64,000 nt of DNA from NCBI GenBank assembly GCA_039545335.1, contig BCIN01000001.1, positions 1,596,604-1,660,603 of the forward strand, read 5' to 3'. The first letter of the stretch is position 1. Every line of letters starts with the position of its first letter. Below the pieces are notes generated by a model. It did not search any database and was not told the DNA's origin. It worked only from the letters and a program-made list of their open reading frames with translations. Positions 1-14,506 of this stretch are shown here, in pieces. The stretch comes from Kondoa subrosea. Lineage: Eukaryota. A program made the position numbers and the translations under genes.

Positions 1-2606
<2,606 letters not shown>

Positions 2607-2887
2607 GATGCAGGCTTCAATGCAGGCACTGGAAACCAAGAGCAGAGCGGTCTGTCAGTGGTATGTAGTGATGACTCAGGTATCAAACGTCTTGGGGACG
2701 GGAAGAGAGGCAAATCTCTTGAAATCAAAACAAATCTCATGCGCGAGTGCTGCGCGAGTCGAAAACGACGAATTCTTGACAGAACCCTAGAGCGTAGCCT
2801 GTGAGCCTATAGAAGGCGGTAGAAGCGCGTGGAGGTATTACTGCAGGGACTGCAGACTCGAAGTTCGGCGTGTCAGCTTCTCGGTCA

Positions 2888-4538
2888 ATGGGCGAACGTT
2901 CAGCGGAAGTGCTTCTTACACTCAGCTCGTCTGTGTGTATTGCCACTCTGGGATATGTTCTGACTTCCAAATTGGCTCGGAAATTGGGTCCAACATTTTT
3001 GGACAAAGGTCTTGGAGGCATAGACAAGCTCAAACTAGCTCGGTCAGGTGTTGAACAGATCAAGCTGTAAGTCACCAGGGCCTATCGTTAGTCTTTGCAG
3101 CTGATTATCCGCATCAAGACCAGAACCTTGCGGCGTGATCGGAGCAGGCGTCTATGTCTGCCTGCTTTCCCTCTTTGCTCCAATACCTTTTTACGCCCAT
3201 ATACTAAGCTCAAGCAATCTTCTCCCCTTGGTCTTCGTTGATGTTGGCGTCCAATTTCCTCATCACTCGCTGACCACTTATTTGGCTGCTCTGCTGTCTC
3301 TACTTACCGCAACTTTCCTCGGCTTTCTGGATGATGTTTTCGATATCCGATGGCGATATAAACTGCCAATACCTAGTCCGCTTGAAATTTATTACTCTGA
3401 TCCACGTTGACTTCTTCCTCAGTTATTGCTTCCGTTCCACTTTTGGTCGTCTATCTTGCCGGACAAGGAGTCACTGATGTAATTCTGCCTGATGTATTCG
3501 GATTGAGGAAAGCTTTGAATATCGAGCATACCGGTGGAATACTCAAACTAGGTATACTCAGTCTACGCTTTACTTTGTTCTCGCTGATTGCCTTCAGGTC
3601 CACTGTATTACCTCTATATGTCCCTGTTATCGACCTTCTGCACAAATGCTATCAATATCTTAGCTGGAGTCAACGGTCTTGAGGTGGGCGCATGCAGGCT
3701 GATCTTACAAGGCTACCGCTGACTGTCACTCAGGTCGGACAAAGCTTAGTTATTGCTTGCTCTATCGCCTTCAACGATCTGCTCTTCATGAATATCAACC
3801 TCAAACATCTAGGCATACCTGGTCTCAATCGCTTGGGATTTGGCATGTCTCATGGCAGTCAAGAGTTGCTCGATCGACATCTTTTCAGCTTCTACTTCAC
3901 TCTGCCTCTCATCGGGGTCTGCTTAGGCCTACTTAAGCATAATTGGTCGGTTTCATCTTCTTTCAAATCACTTCCATACTGATGTCGATGGAAAATAGGT
4001 ATCCAGCTCGATGGTTTGTGGGAGACACGTTCTGCTATTTCGCAGGAATGGCTTTCGCTGTAGTTGGCATTCTGGGTCATTTCAGTAAAACCCTCCTACT
4101 CTTCTTCATCCCTCAAATCGTCAACTTCCTGTTATCTACACCTCAACTCTTTGGACTGGTGCCTAATCCCAGACATCGAATGCCTGTGTGAGCTTGAATC
4201 TATAATACTTGTGATCTGAGGTCTGATGATGGTACAGAATGAATCCCAAAACGGGTTTACTGGAAACATCCTATGCAACTTTAACCGCTCCTCCATCTTT
4301 ACCCACTCGTATGATTCTTCGCTTACTATCCCTTTTCGGCCTCACAAGACTTCGCTACTCTCACAATGGGGAAATCATAGGTTGCACAAACTTGACCATC
4401 ATCAATTCGGTTCTGGTCCTGTTTGGCCCAATGAGGGAAGATAAGCTTACTATGACTCTGATGGGCTTGCAAGTTGCTGGAAGTGGAATGGCTTTCGTTA
4501 TACGCTATTTCGGGGCCAGCTTGTTTTACGGTAGATAA
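2888..4538 (+). CDS. ALG7: UDP-GlcNAc:dolichyl-phosphate GlcNAc-1-phosphate transferase (GPT/DPAGT1)
   Basis: Multi-TM protein with [74 protein letters not shown] and NLTIIN across exons. Confidence 0.95.
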
Positions 4539-4876
4539 GAAGGGCAGGGTGATATAAGCAAAACAGTATTGTTCATCGTGGTACAAGGATGGAGAGCATT
4601 GTAGGGCATAAGCAGGTATGTTCTCTGCTCGTATATGCTTAAAAACGACAGCTGATCAGATCTAGAACTTTGAAACAGTCGACTTGCGGATGCTCTGTTC
4701 TAGCTTCAGTACCGGTTCCATACCTGTTATCGTCTGCTCTGCTTTTATCTGCTACTCTTTCTTTGCTTTGTGAATCAAACTTCTGGCTTACTAAGCATGA
4801 TCAACTTCTTCCGCTGTTTGGCCATTTTCGCAATGTCGTTTGCTTGTTTATTCTGAATCTTTGACCTTGATCAATC

Positions 4877-6079
4877 ATGCGTGCTATTTTGCTATCTGCA
4901 AGTCTGCTACTACCACTTTGTGCTGGACTTGGAGAACCATGTTCACCTTCCAACAATCGTTTGGATCCATCAACGCACAACTTTATGTCCGATTGCAGCA
5001 GTACAGAGTTCTGTTCCAATTCTACAACAGCTCTGCCAGTTCCAGGTGGAACTGTAATTGCACCTGATGCACCGGCAACTTCACCTGGGATTATGGATAT
5101 CTTTACTAAGAGAAGTGCATCGCCTCCACAACCTGGTTTCACCTGTCAACGGAGAGGATGTAGGAGAGATGAGTTTCCGTTTGGGTGTGTCAACCGTTTC
5201 TGCTTCTCATCATCGACTGAAGTTACGCAGGTATAAAGCGGGAGATACTATGCCTCCGATGTGTCCTATAGGACAAGCTTGTCCGGACGAAGGAGACATG
5301 TGTCGACCTTTGGTAGCTTTGCAAGGTTCTTGCCAATTTGGTCGAGATGGTAAGCGGTGCTCCAAAGTGTTAAAGTCTTGAACTAATTCAGGTTCTAGAC
5401 GAATGCGTCTCACCGTCAGCCGCTCTGACAGCTAATAATACTCGCAATGGTTTCGATCCATCCGACTATAACGGAGCGATTTGTCTCAACTATCAATGCA
5501 TGTGGACGAATGCTCAACTTGATCAGGTAACGTCAATTGTCGATCGTCGGTAAGAGCGATAAGAACTGAAATGGGCATTAAAAGCCATGCATTATGGAGA
5601 ACGTAGCCTATTCTGGATTCTTGCCCAACGGTTCCGAATTCAGCGACATCGTCACCCGATCCAACTGTCAAGCTCCAAATCTCTACTGCAACCCAATCAC
5701 TCTCCATTGCGCTTACACTTTCCCAAACAACGCAATCTGCAATATAAACAACGAATGTCAATCCCAAAATTGTGGAACAGCCAACAAATGTATCGCTCCA
5801 CCCGAAACGCCTAGAACTTTGGGAGCTGGGATTTACGTTCTTACGGTGCTTGGTATTTTGATGAGCATGAGTGCTTTGGTTTGGAGTTTGTGGAAATGTC
5901 ATGTCAAGACTAAAGCGGAACGAAGAGCTGCAAGAAAAGTGTATTGGGAACAGCAGTATGCGTATAGGAAGTCTTTGTCGGCCTTCAAGAAAGCGCAAGC
6001 TGGTTTGAATGCGGAACCGACTTTTGATGGATTGAGACATAGGGATCCAACTTTGACGCCATTAGTTAGGCAGTTGTAG
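4877..6079 (+). CDS. Type I membrane protein with cysteine-rich ectodomain, unknown function
   Basis: Signal peptide MRAILLSASLLLPLCAG; many Cys (CQRRGCRRDEFPFG, CPIGQACPDEGDMC, CQFGRDDEC, NECQSQNC); TM helix IYVLTVLGILMSMSALVWSLW; basic cytoplasmic tail. Confidence 0.8.
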
Positions 6080-6098
6080 ATAGAGGGTTTTGTTTTTT

Positions 6099-6898
6099 TT
6101 AACGTTCTGCAATGGGAGGCCTAGGTCTGCTGTTGTTTTCTGCTTCTAGAGTATCTGCTCCTATCGCTTGTCCTTCTTGCGCTACTTGCCCAACCACTCC
6201 GCTGATCAATTCCCTCAATTCAGCTTCTGGATCAGTCCCATCTCGCTCAGCTTTCATCATGATATCTTGTACTTGGTTCATCAAGGTAGAAGAAGATTGA
6301 TCAACGCTTCTGTCCAACTCCATATCCTGCTCATCTTCCGCTGAAGGCAAATCTATTTCTTCGCCTGTAACTGATGCTAGGTAGGCTGAAATAGAGGGAT
6401 TTTCTTCGAGAAGACGCTGTGCGGCCTGTACAAGTAGGTGTTTGAGTATTGAGAGACAACTTGCGGGACAAGTACATACAGTCTCGTCTTCTGAATTTCG
6501 ATGAGAAGCATTCGCTCCGAGTTCGATCAAAAGCTTTGCCATTTCCACATCTTCTACGACAAATAGAGCAGTCCTTTGTGTGGAAACTTGCATCAGCTCG
6601 CGTATATGAATGGCATACTTATATGGACTCACTCGCCATCTTCGTCTGTCACATTAATATCACCTCCGCGTTCAATGAGCAGCCTTAAAATAGCAGCATG
6701 ACCCCATGAAGCCGCAGCGTGAAAGGGAGTGTATGTATTTTCATCTTTTGCAGAAGGCGAAATCCCATGATCGAGCAATTCCTGTTTTGTCGCGAAACGA
6801 GCAAATTGGGCACTCTTCGACTTTGCAGCAGCATTTGATACACATACAGTCACGCGAGCTAGGTCCCCATTCGATGCGGCTGTCCAGATGTTGGCCAT
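6099..6898 (-). CDS. Small ankyrin-repeat protein
   Basis: MANIWTAASNGDLARV, DENTYTPFHAAASWGHAAILRLLIERGGDINVTDEDG, TALFVVEDVEMAKLLIELGA; acidic C-terminus. Confidence 0.9.
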
Positions 6899-7325
6899 TG
6901 GTCGCTATAATCCAATCTCGTATAATTCATTAAATCTTTTTGAAGCCTTCTCTCTCTCTTCGCTATAGTCGAGCTTTGGCATGACCAGGCTGGTCAAGAA
7001 TAGCTACGAGTAGGCGTTACTTCCCCTAGTCATTGGTCTCCTGCCGATTGGTGTGAAATGGCACTACACCAAAATTGCCTAATGCGACCAAATCTCTCAA
7101 GATCGCTTTTGGATATACGGAATTTATTTAGTCTGCCATCCCTAATTCAGTTGTCCCTGGTTCTGGACTTGACGATCCTTTCTTCTCTTTTCATTTATTC
7201 CTTTGTTCAGTAATCTCCCCCTTCTGAAAGTTTCTCCTCTTCGTTCTTTTCGCATACTTTCGTTAAGTAAAAACATACTGGTCCACCCACAATAGTCGCT
7301 CTCTACTGCGGTTCCATCTACCAAT

Positions 7326-10300
7326 ATGAAGGGTAGCTTATTTGCCAGCCTAGCGGTGCTGGTCACCATGGCTAAGGCTCATATGACCAGTCAGTCAAGC
7401 TTCACTAGAATGTTACCTCACTTGAATCATTGTGATTGCGCTGTCAGTCTACCATCCCTCTCAATACGGCTTCCCTAACTTCCCTGACGAGTAAGCTTTT
7501 TGTACTTGACAATTGCTTGACGTCAATCTCATGAAATTGCAACTAGCACTTTTGCACCTATGATTGTTCGTTACTTTGATGACACAAATGTCAACTACTT
7601 GTCTAAACAATAATACATACAGGATCGAGCATTCGATGATTGGTGGTTCAGAGGTTACCTAAAAACTGCACCTTGGACTGGAGGTGAAATTATGGAGCTT
7701 CCAGCCGGTCAGACTATTTCCACTGTTATCACTTGTCATATTGCTGTGAGTCTTTTTGCTTGACATTAACAGTTTGTGCCATGCTGATCACGTGACCGAT
7801 TAGTGGACACCTTGGGGTTGCTGCTACGAACCTACTGCATACGGAGCAATGGATGCTTGTCCTTCCGGTAGTGATTCAGGAGCCTGGCACAGTAACTTGG
7901 AACCACCTGCACCCGAACCAGTTTACGCTGGCACTTCTGGTTGCGCGCTCGGTATTGCTGATGTGGATGATCCCAACCTGGTCACTATGGATAATTTGGT
8001 CATCTTCTCTGTCAATTCACACTGTGTTTTCCAACGTGACACTAAATTCGATATTCCTGCGTGAGTTCGGCGTGCGGCGTCCCATCTTCATCTGGCTGAT
8101 CAGGTTGTTTTTAGTGCTATGCCTCCTTGTACTGGCAAGAAATGCGTTTGCGCTTGGTTCTGGCTTGCAAACTTCGGTCAAGCTGTGAGTATTAGTAATA
8201 TTGACTCTCACTTAGCTCTGACCTTTTGTCTTTGCAGAACTTTTATATGACTGGTTTCGATTGCACTGTTACTGGATTCCAAGCAATGACTAACAAGATC
8301 GGTGCTCCTCAGAAGCCAAAGTATGTTTCTTCAGCTGGATGATGATGTGGAGAGAAAGCTAAATTCCAATTTTTTTTTCTAGCATCGATGCGACTTGGCC
8401 TCAAGGTGCTAGTGGTCCGAGACAACCTTTCTATGCTTATAACGAGGGCGCAACGATCACCGTGATCGACAACGCAAATCGTATTGGTTATCACAAGGGC
8501 TTTGGGTGGACTGATGGTGCTCAAAACGATATGTATGTTCTACGCTTCATTTACTGCTGTCCGATCTCATGTCCTTTGACAGCTTCACCGGACCTCCTGT
8601 CGTCTCCAACATCACTGCTAAACCAGCCGGAGACAATGTTGCTCGACTTGCGACTGCCACCGCTTCATCTGCCGATTCCAGTCAACCCGCGAGCGCTGCT
8701 ATTGATGGAAACACCAACGGATGTAAGTTACTGCCTTTCGAGGCATTTCCGAGTACTCACAGCTTTTACAGGGCCCATCAACGGAACTGCTGAATGGTCT
8801 TCAGCTGGTCAACAAGCTGGTGCTTGGCTCAGATTGGACTGGACCGAGCCATATGTCATCAACTCTATTGTTCTATTCGATAGGCCCAACGGAAACGATT
8901 GGATTACTTCAGGAACAATTACCTTCTCCGACGGTTCTTCAGTCGCTGTTGGTTCACTCAGCAACTATGGCAGTCCTAGTCCTGTCGCGCTTTCGGCACC
9001 TGTCAATACTACCAGTCTTCTCTTACAAATCAACACCGTTGGCCCTAACACTTACAACGTTGGTTTGGCGGAAATTCAATGCTATGGTTCTTCAGCGAAA
9101 GCTCTTGCTGCGGCTGCTGCAGCTTCTAGTGCTCCAGCTTCATCTATGGCCATGTCCTCGGCAATGCCTTCAGCTTCAGCGGTATTCTCCAGCGTACAGT
9201 CGTCTTACGTCTCAGCCTCTATAGCTTCATCAGCAATGGTTTCTGCTCAATCATCCGCAGCTGCATCAATGTCCGCAATCGCAAGCAGCGCACCCGTTGT
9301 CTACACGCCCGCCAGCAATAATGTTGCAGGAATGGCTAGAATTGTTGCTTCTACTTGGTCACCGTACGGTACACCATTCGGTGCTATTGATACTGTTATC
9401 TCTGGTTGTACGTCTTCAAACCTACTCCTCGCCCAACTTTCGCTAACAGTCTCTTACTTCTGTAGACCCGAAGAACAGAACAGCTGAATGGACCTCCGCC
9501 CAGCAGAAAGCAGGAGCTTGGGTGCGCTTGAACTGGCCGGAACCGTACGTTGTCACCGGTCTAACATTGTTCGATCGACCAAATCTGGACGAGTAAGTTT
9601 TTCATGCTTTGCGAGCAACCCAACGTTTATATGACTCCTTCAGTCAAATATTGAGCGGCACTGCGACTTTCTCTGACGGCACTGTTGTTCAAGTCGGCAC
9701 TTTGGCAAACGATGGTTCAGCTAACCCAGTTTCTATGGATCCCGTTACGACTACAATGTTACGATTCACCGTCACTGCGGCTGGACCGAAAACCAACAAC
9801 ATCGGTCTTTCAGAAATTCAAGTTTGGGGTTACCCAGCAAGTGCATTGACTGCCTCCTCTACGATTGCATCCTCTACAGCTGCATCTTCTTCGGCTACAC
9901 CAAGCGCCAGCTCAGTGTCTAGCTCCTCACTCGTGTCCAGCTCCGCAATTATTTCTAGCTCCTCAGTCGTATCTAGCTCCGCAGTCGTCGCAAGTTCCTC
10001 TGTGGTGTCCAGTGTTGCTTCCAGTAGTACTGTCAGCTCTGTTGCTGCGCAGCAAACAGTATCATCAGACGCATCAATCCAATCCAACATCGCGTCTCTT
10101 GCGGTAGTCACTGCGTCATCGCAGACGACAAGAAGTCCAGCTGGCCGTGCTATTGACGGCGTTGTTGGCGGCTGTATGTTTCTCTCTCTTCAAAATTGAA
10201 ATTGCAGTACTCATCTTTCTGATAGATCCTCGAAACTCCTCGGCTGAATGGTCTTCCGCTTATCAAGGTGCTGGAGCTTGGATCAAATTATCCTTTGACA

Positions 10301-11827
10301 CTAGCTACACTATCAATTCGGTCAATCTCTATGACAGGCCAAATCTTGATGAGTGAGCAGCCTTCATGCTCTACCGTATATGTATTGAGACTCTCTGTCT
10401 CTTTTAGTTGGGTACTTGCCGGAACTTTAACTTTCTCTGATGGATCCACGACTTCTTTCGGCGCTCTCGATAATTCAGGCAATTGGACAACCGTCTCTTT
10501 CTCTCCAGTCACTACCACATCAGTACTCCTGACCATCACTCAAGTTGCGGGCTCAACGAAGAACATCGGTCTCTCAGAGATTCAGGTTATCGGTACTGTT
10601 GCAAGCGCAGCTTCTTCATCTTCATCAGCTTCGCAATCAGTAACTCCATCTAGTCTCGCTGCAGCTGCTGCCGTGACGCAATCCAGCTCCTCGTCAGTAT
10701 TGGCTCAGTCAAGCTCTTCTTCATCTGCCAGCTCAACTCAAGTCGCTTCCAAGTCTAGCAGCTCGGTTGCCGTTCCTTCGTCTTCATCATCATCTTCAAG
10801 CAAGAGTATCGCGCAGGCTACTTCAAGTTCATCTAGTTCAAGCTCGTCCAGTGTTACAGCTACCAGCTCATCCGCAAACGTTGCTGCTGCACCTGCAGCC
10901 ACGACTCTGTCGTTCGACTCAAGCTCTGGTCAATCTGACATTGCTTCATTGTCAACTGTTACTGCGTCGTCCTACGATCCTGCGTCACCTCCTGGAGCAG
11001 TCATTGATACTGTTGTCAGTGGATGTGAGTTATCGTTTACCTTATGGACAGGAGAATATACTAATGTTTCTGCTTCAGATCCTCGCAATGCATCTGCGGA
11101 ATGGTCATCCAGTGGCGAAGGAGCTGGTGCTTGGGTCAAACTTGTTTGGGATCAACCATACCTCATCAACTCAATCGCTCTATACGATCGACCCAATCCA
11201 AACGAGTGAGCTTCCTTCCGCATACCTAAGCGATGTTTGCTTATATTTTTGATCGTAGTCAAGTATTATCTGGCACCATTACCTTCTCCGATGGGTCAAG
11301 TGTTCAAGTTGGAACTCTAGACAACGGAGGAGCCATGACAAAAGTACCCATGTCTCAAGTCACCACAACCTCCCTCTTGTTCACTGTGGGATCAGTTTCT
11401 GGCAAGACACAGGCCATTGGTCTAGCAGGTAAGCACCGCGTTGCCTTTCATTGATAAAACCTTATATCTTCCCGCAGAAATGGTTGTTATGGGATCTCCT
11501 GCCAAGATAGTCAAATCTACAGCAACTCCACAAGCTACTTCAAATTCGAGCTCCTCTTCACCAGCAGTCGCCACAAAGACTTCTTCAGCTGACGCCAAAG
11601 CTGCTGCTTCCTCTACTAACGTCGGAGCTCCATCAAGCACAGTAGCAGCAACTTCGCAATCAAGGAACGCTCCACCCGGCAAACGATCTGAAAATGCTTC
11701 GGAAGCTGTCTTTGATGGGGAAGAAGCTCTTCAAGAACGTATGCTTCAAGGTCTAATGTGGCATGACAATGCCTTCGAAGAACGTCAAATTGAAGATGAT
11801 AGTGCTTTCATGAACTTCATCTCGTGA
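7326..11827 (+). CDS. Secreted AA14-like lytic polysaccharide monooxygenase domain plus four tandem discoidin/galactose-binding-like domains with Ser/Ala-rich linkers
   Basis: Signal peptide MKGSLFASLAVLVTMAKA, then mature His1 (HMTIYHPSQYGF after splicing). Motifs DDWWFRG, ELPAG, GAWH, GCALGIAD, VIFSVNSHCV, MPPCTGKKCVCAWFWLA, NFYMTGFDC, DGAQNDIF. Followed by four repeats of EWSS..GAW..L.W..DRPN..GT.TFSDG..GL.EI. Confidence 0.85.
8630..11495 (+). repeat. Four intragenic repeats of a ~130-aa beta-sandwich-like domain (about 8630-9090, 9315-9830, 10080-10595, 10930-11495)
   Basis: Each copy has N/D-I/V-A..A...ASS/T...A.ID...G, AEW-S/T-S, GAW, DRPN, TFSDG and IGL/VGL-A/S-E, separated by Ser/Ala low-complexity linkers. 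Confidence 0.9.
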
Positions 11828-12179
11828 GGGAAAAGCACGGAGAAGATTTAGAAACAGATCGGGAAAGCGAAGTGGTTGTACCATATGGACTATCTGTCGT
11901 GCCTTTTCGTTACCGTTAAATAGATTTTGAATTATTTATTGTTCTATTGCAAATGTACATGACTTACTACTGTTGACTTCGTGCTCTATCATGCTGTCGC
12001 GTACATGAATGCCTCCGAGCTTCAATGGAGTACGAATCAAGTCACATCACAATTCAATCAGAATAATCAGAATCCATTTCACAATGCATTGGTATAGACA
12101 AGACGAAAGACTGTAGCACATCTACCGCAATGGAAAGCAATAGAAGATCGACAAAAAGAGCTTGAAAGAAGTACAACTC

Positions 12180-13368
12180 TCAGCCGATCTTTCGCTTTTT
12201 CTTAGGACGTTCGAGAGCCTGCTTCTCGGCAGCTTCGATAGCTCTGATCTCCTCGCCTTCATCAGGAGGACCGTCAAAAAGATCTTCAAGAAGATCAGTA
12301 ACTTGCTCCTTGTCCATCTGATCAGTCATAGGGTCTGTCCAGCAGAATCTCTCAGGTTAGCTGCAAGTAGAGAAGACCTTGAAGAGTGATCAACGGACCT
12401 ATCAAGTTCTTGAAAGCTTTCCTCCTTTCCAACCACAATTTACGCGCCTGATCATAGCATTGGTTCTGGATAATCAAATCATTGGTAGAGATGAGCAATT
12501 CCGGATGTTCTTTCAGTTTAGCAACATGTTCGGCAGAAGAAGCGATCTAAGAATTGCATGTCAGGGTAAATTTGTACTAACTTTGGCAAAGTACAGGCTA
12601 ACCTCTTCGTTCAATTTTTCGATCATAGCTGGTAGTTCAGAAGATCCAGGCTGAGTAGCGAGCTTGTCTCGTTCTAAGATAATGAATCAGCCTAATCCTT
12701 CATAAATCATCCATGACGGAGCGACTTACTAGCATTAAGCGATTTAATGCCGTCTTTGAGTTCCGAAATCTTTCCAGTAGCAGCAGTGATCTCCTTCTTA
12801 AGATCTTCTACGTTATCTTCGCCATCTTCTTGAGCTGGAGCGTCCTTGTTTGATGTGGCATCAGCATAATTTACCAGGTCGTACTTACCAAAAAACATTT
12901 CGCCGAACCTGTTTGGATACGTAGATGATTTGTTTGCCATAGGTTTTGGCAATAATGAGGTTCTTTTCGGCTAATGCCGCGAGTCCCTGTCAAATTATCG
13001 CTTAAGACGAGTCCGAGTTGGAAGGGGAAGAACTGACTTTAGTAGCAACAGTCTTGGAGACGGTCTTCATATTGAGCGCAACATCAGTCTGTAATCCAAA
13101 CACAACACTGAGCAAAGGACAGATTGCCTAGTTATGCATTTGACTTACAGAATTGTAGGGTCGGTTTTGCTGTTTCAAATAAGCCAAGATCTATACAGCA
13201 TATCAGTACTTGGAGCAGATGTAATAGAGTCAATACGGACCCCATCTTCCGCTTCACTTCGAAGAGCAAAACAAATATCTGAGCGAAACCCTCGTCTAGC
13301 ACAGGCGAGATAACGCACTCTCCCTTCAATTGAGGTACTTTGGCCTCCTTCTCCTTCTTCGGAGGCAT
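12180..13368 (-). CDS. HOP2: Homologous-pairing protein Hop2/TBPIP (Meu13-like)
   Basis: MPPKKEKEAK..EAED..ILAYLKQQNRPYNS..TDVALN..LAALAEKNLIIAKTYGKQIIYV winged-helix region, followed by coiled coil and a basic C-terminal NLS (PKKKRKIG*). Confidence 0.85.
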
Positions 13369-14506
13369 GAGCGCGTAATGATAGAGTAAAGGCAAAGGTA
13401 GGCAATGCGACAAAACAAGGCTCAGACAACGAAGCAAGTCCACGAGCGAGGAGTACACTGTTCGCTGGACTCTGAGGATGATCAGGGTATGCTTACGAGA
13501 GAGCACGTCACGCTTCAGAGCAAGCGACATCTGAATTTCGAAAATTAGGTGTGTTGTCATACAACGGTCACAAGCGAGTCCTTAACTCTTCAGAGCAGGT
13601 CGCAATCGAGTACACAGACATAGTATAAGAGGTCATGTGCTACAAAAGTGAGTCCTCGGAGCCCGACGTACGATTTTATGCTGATTACGTTATTGCTTTA
13701 AAGCAACTTGCACTACCTGCCAGAAGCCTACATGGGCTGGTACGCTGCTGTAACACAAGATATACAATTCCGAGCTGATAAAGCTACAGGCTGCGGCAAG
13801 CACATTGAGACTGCTTTGAAAGATGTCCCAGTTGACCAGCGCTGTCAATGCCCTAGAGAAACAAGTAACAAGTGCTCAATTCAGAACAGGCGAAGCGAAG
13901 AAATGGGTTGCTGGGAGCTCTAGAACGACAATGATTTGATTATGTAAGGACAATATACTACTAGTTACAGTATCGAGATCTTTCCGCTAAATGGTCTTCC
14001 AATCCTTCCGTATCTTATAGAGGCAGGTAATGCCTTGATCTTCTCGTTTTCTCGCTAACTTTCCTTCATACTTCATCCTAGACTGCTTGCTCTGCCGTGT
14101 GCTAAATAGCCTACCTAATAGGACTTTGCTGCGTCATTCTTTTCTTGTTGTCTCTTCCTTCCTTCTGCGCATTTTCTCTGTGCCTCCGAATCTATCCATC
14201 TAGGAATTCACCTCTCAGCCCAAACATGGTGGATCGGTCAGGCTTCAGCGCTTTCTTCAATCTGTGCATCAAACGCTCTGATTCTCTGCCGCGACGAACA
14301 ATAACATACGCAAGCCTTTGCGGATCTCAACACCCTTCAACCAAAATATCATGTAAGAGAAAGTCAGCCTCTTTAAGAGATTTTTGGCTGCTTGGAGCCT
14401 CCTATCATTAAGAGACCGATGACGTCGGGGAATGAGTAAGTAATGATAATGGAACGAGTATATAATCAAGTATGAAGAAACAACAAATGTAAATTCTCGC
14501 TAAAAA

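Noticed and set aside
2738..2770. Direct repeat TGCGCGAGT x2 in the RecQ/ALG7 divergent promoter, resembling MCB/SCB elements
   Set aside because: Not an exact ACGCGT or CGCGAAA match and too short to support without conservation data.
9830..10111. Antisense and alternate-frame ORFs over Ser/Ala-rich regions (also 41755-42105, 23205-23471)
   Set aside because: Shadow ORFs caused by low-complexity codon usage in the real genes.
13560..14470. Short ORFs between HOP2 and the TRP-like channel
   Set aside because: No consistent exon chain or recognisable protein could be built; treated as intergenic/UTR.
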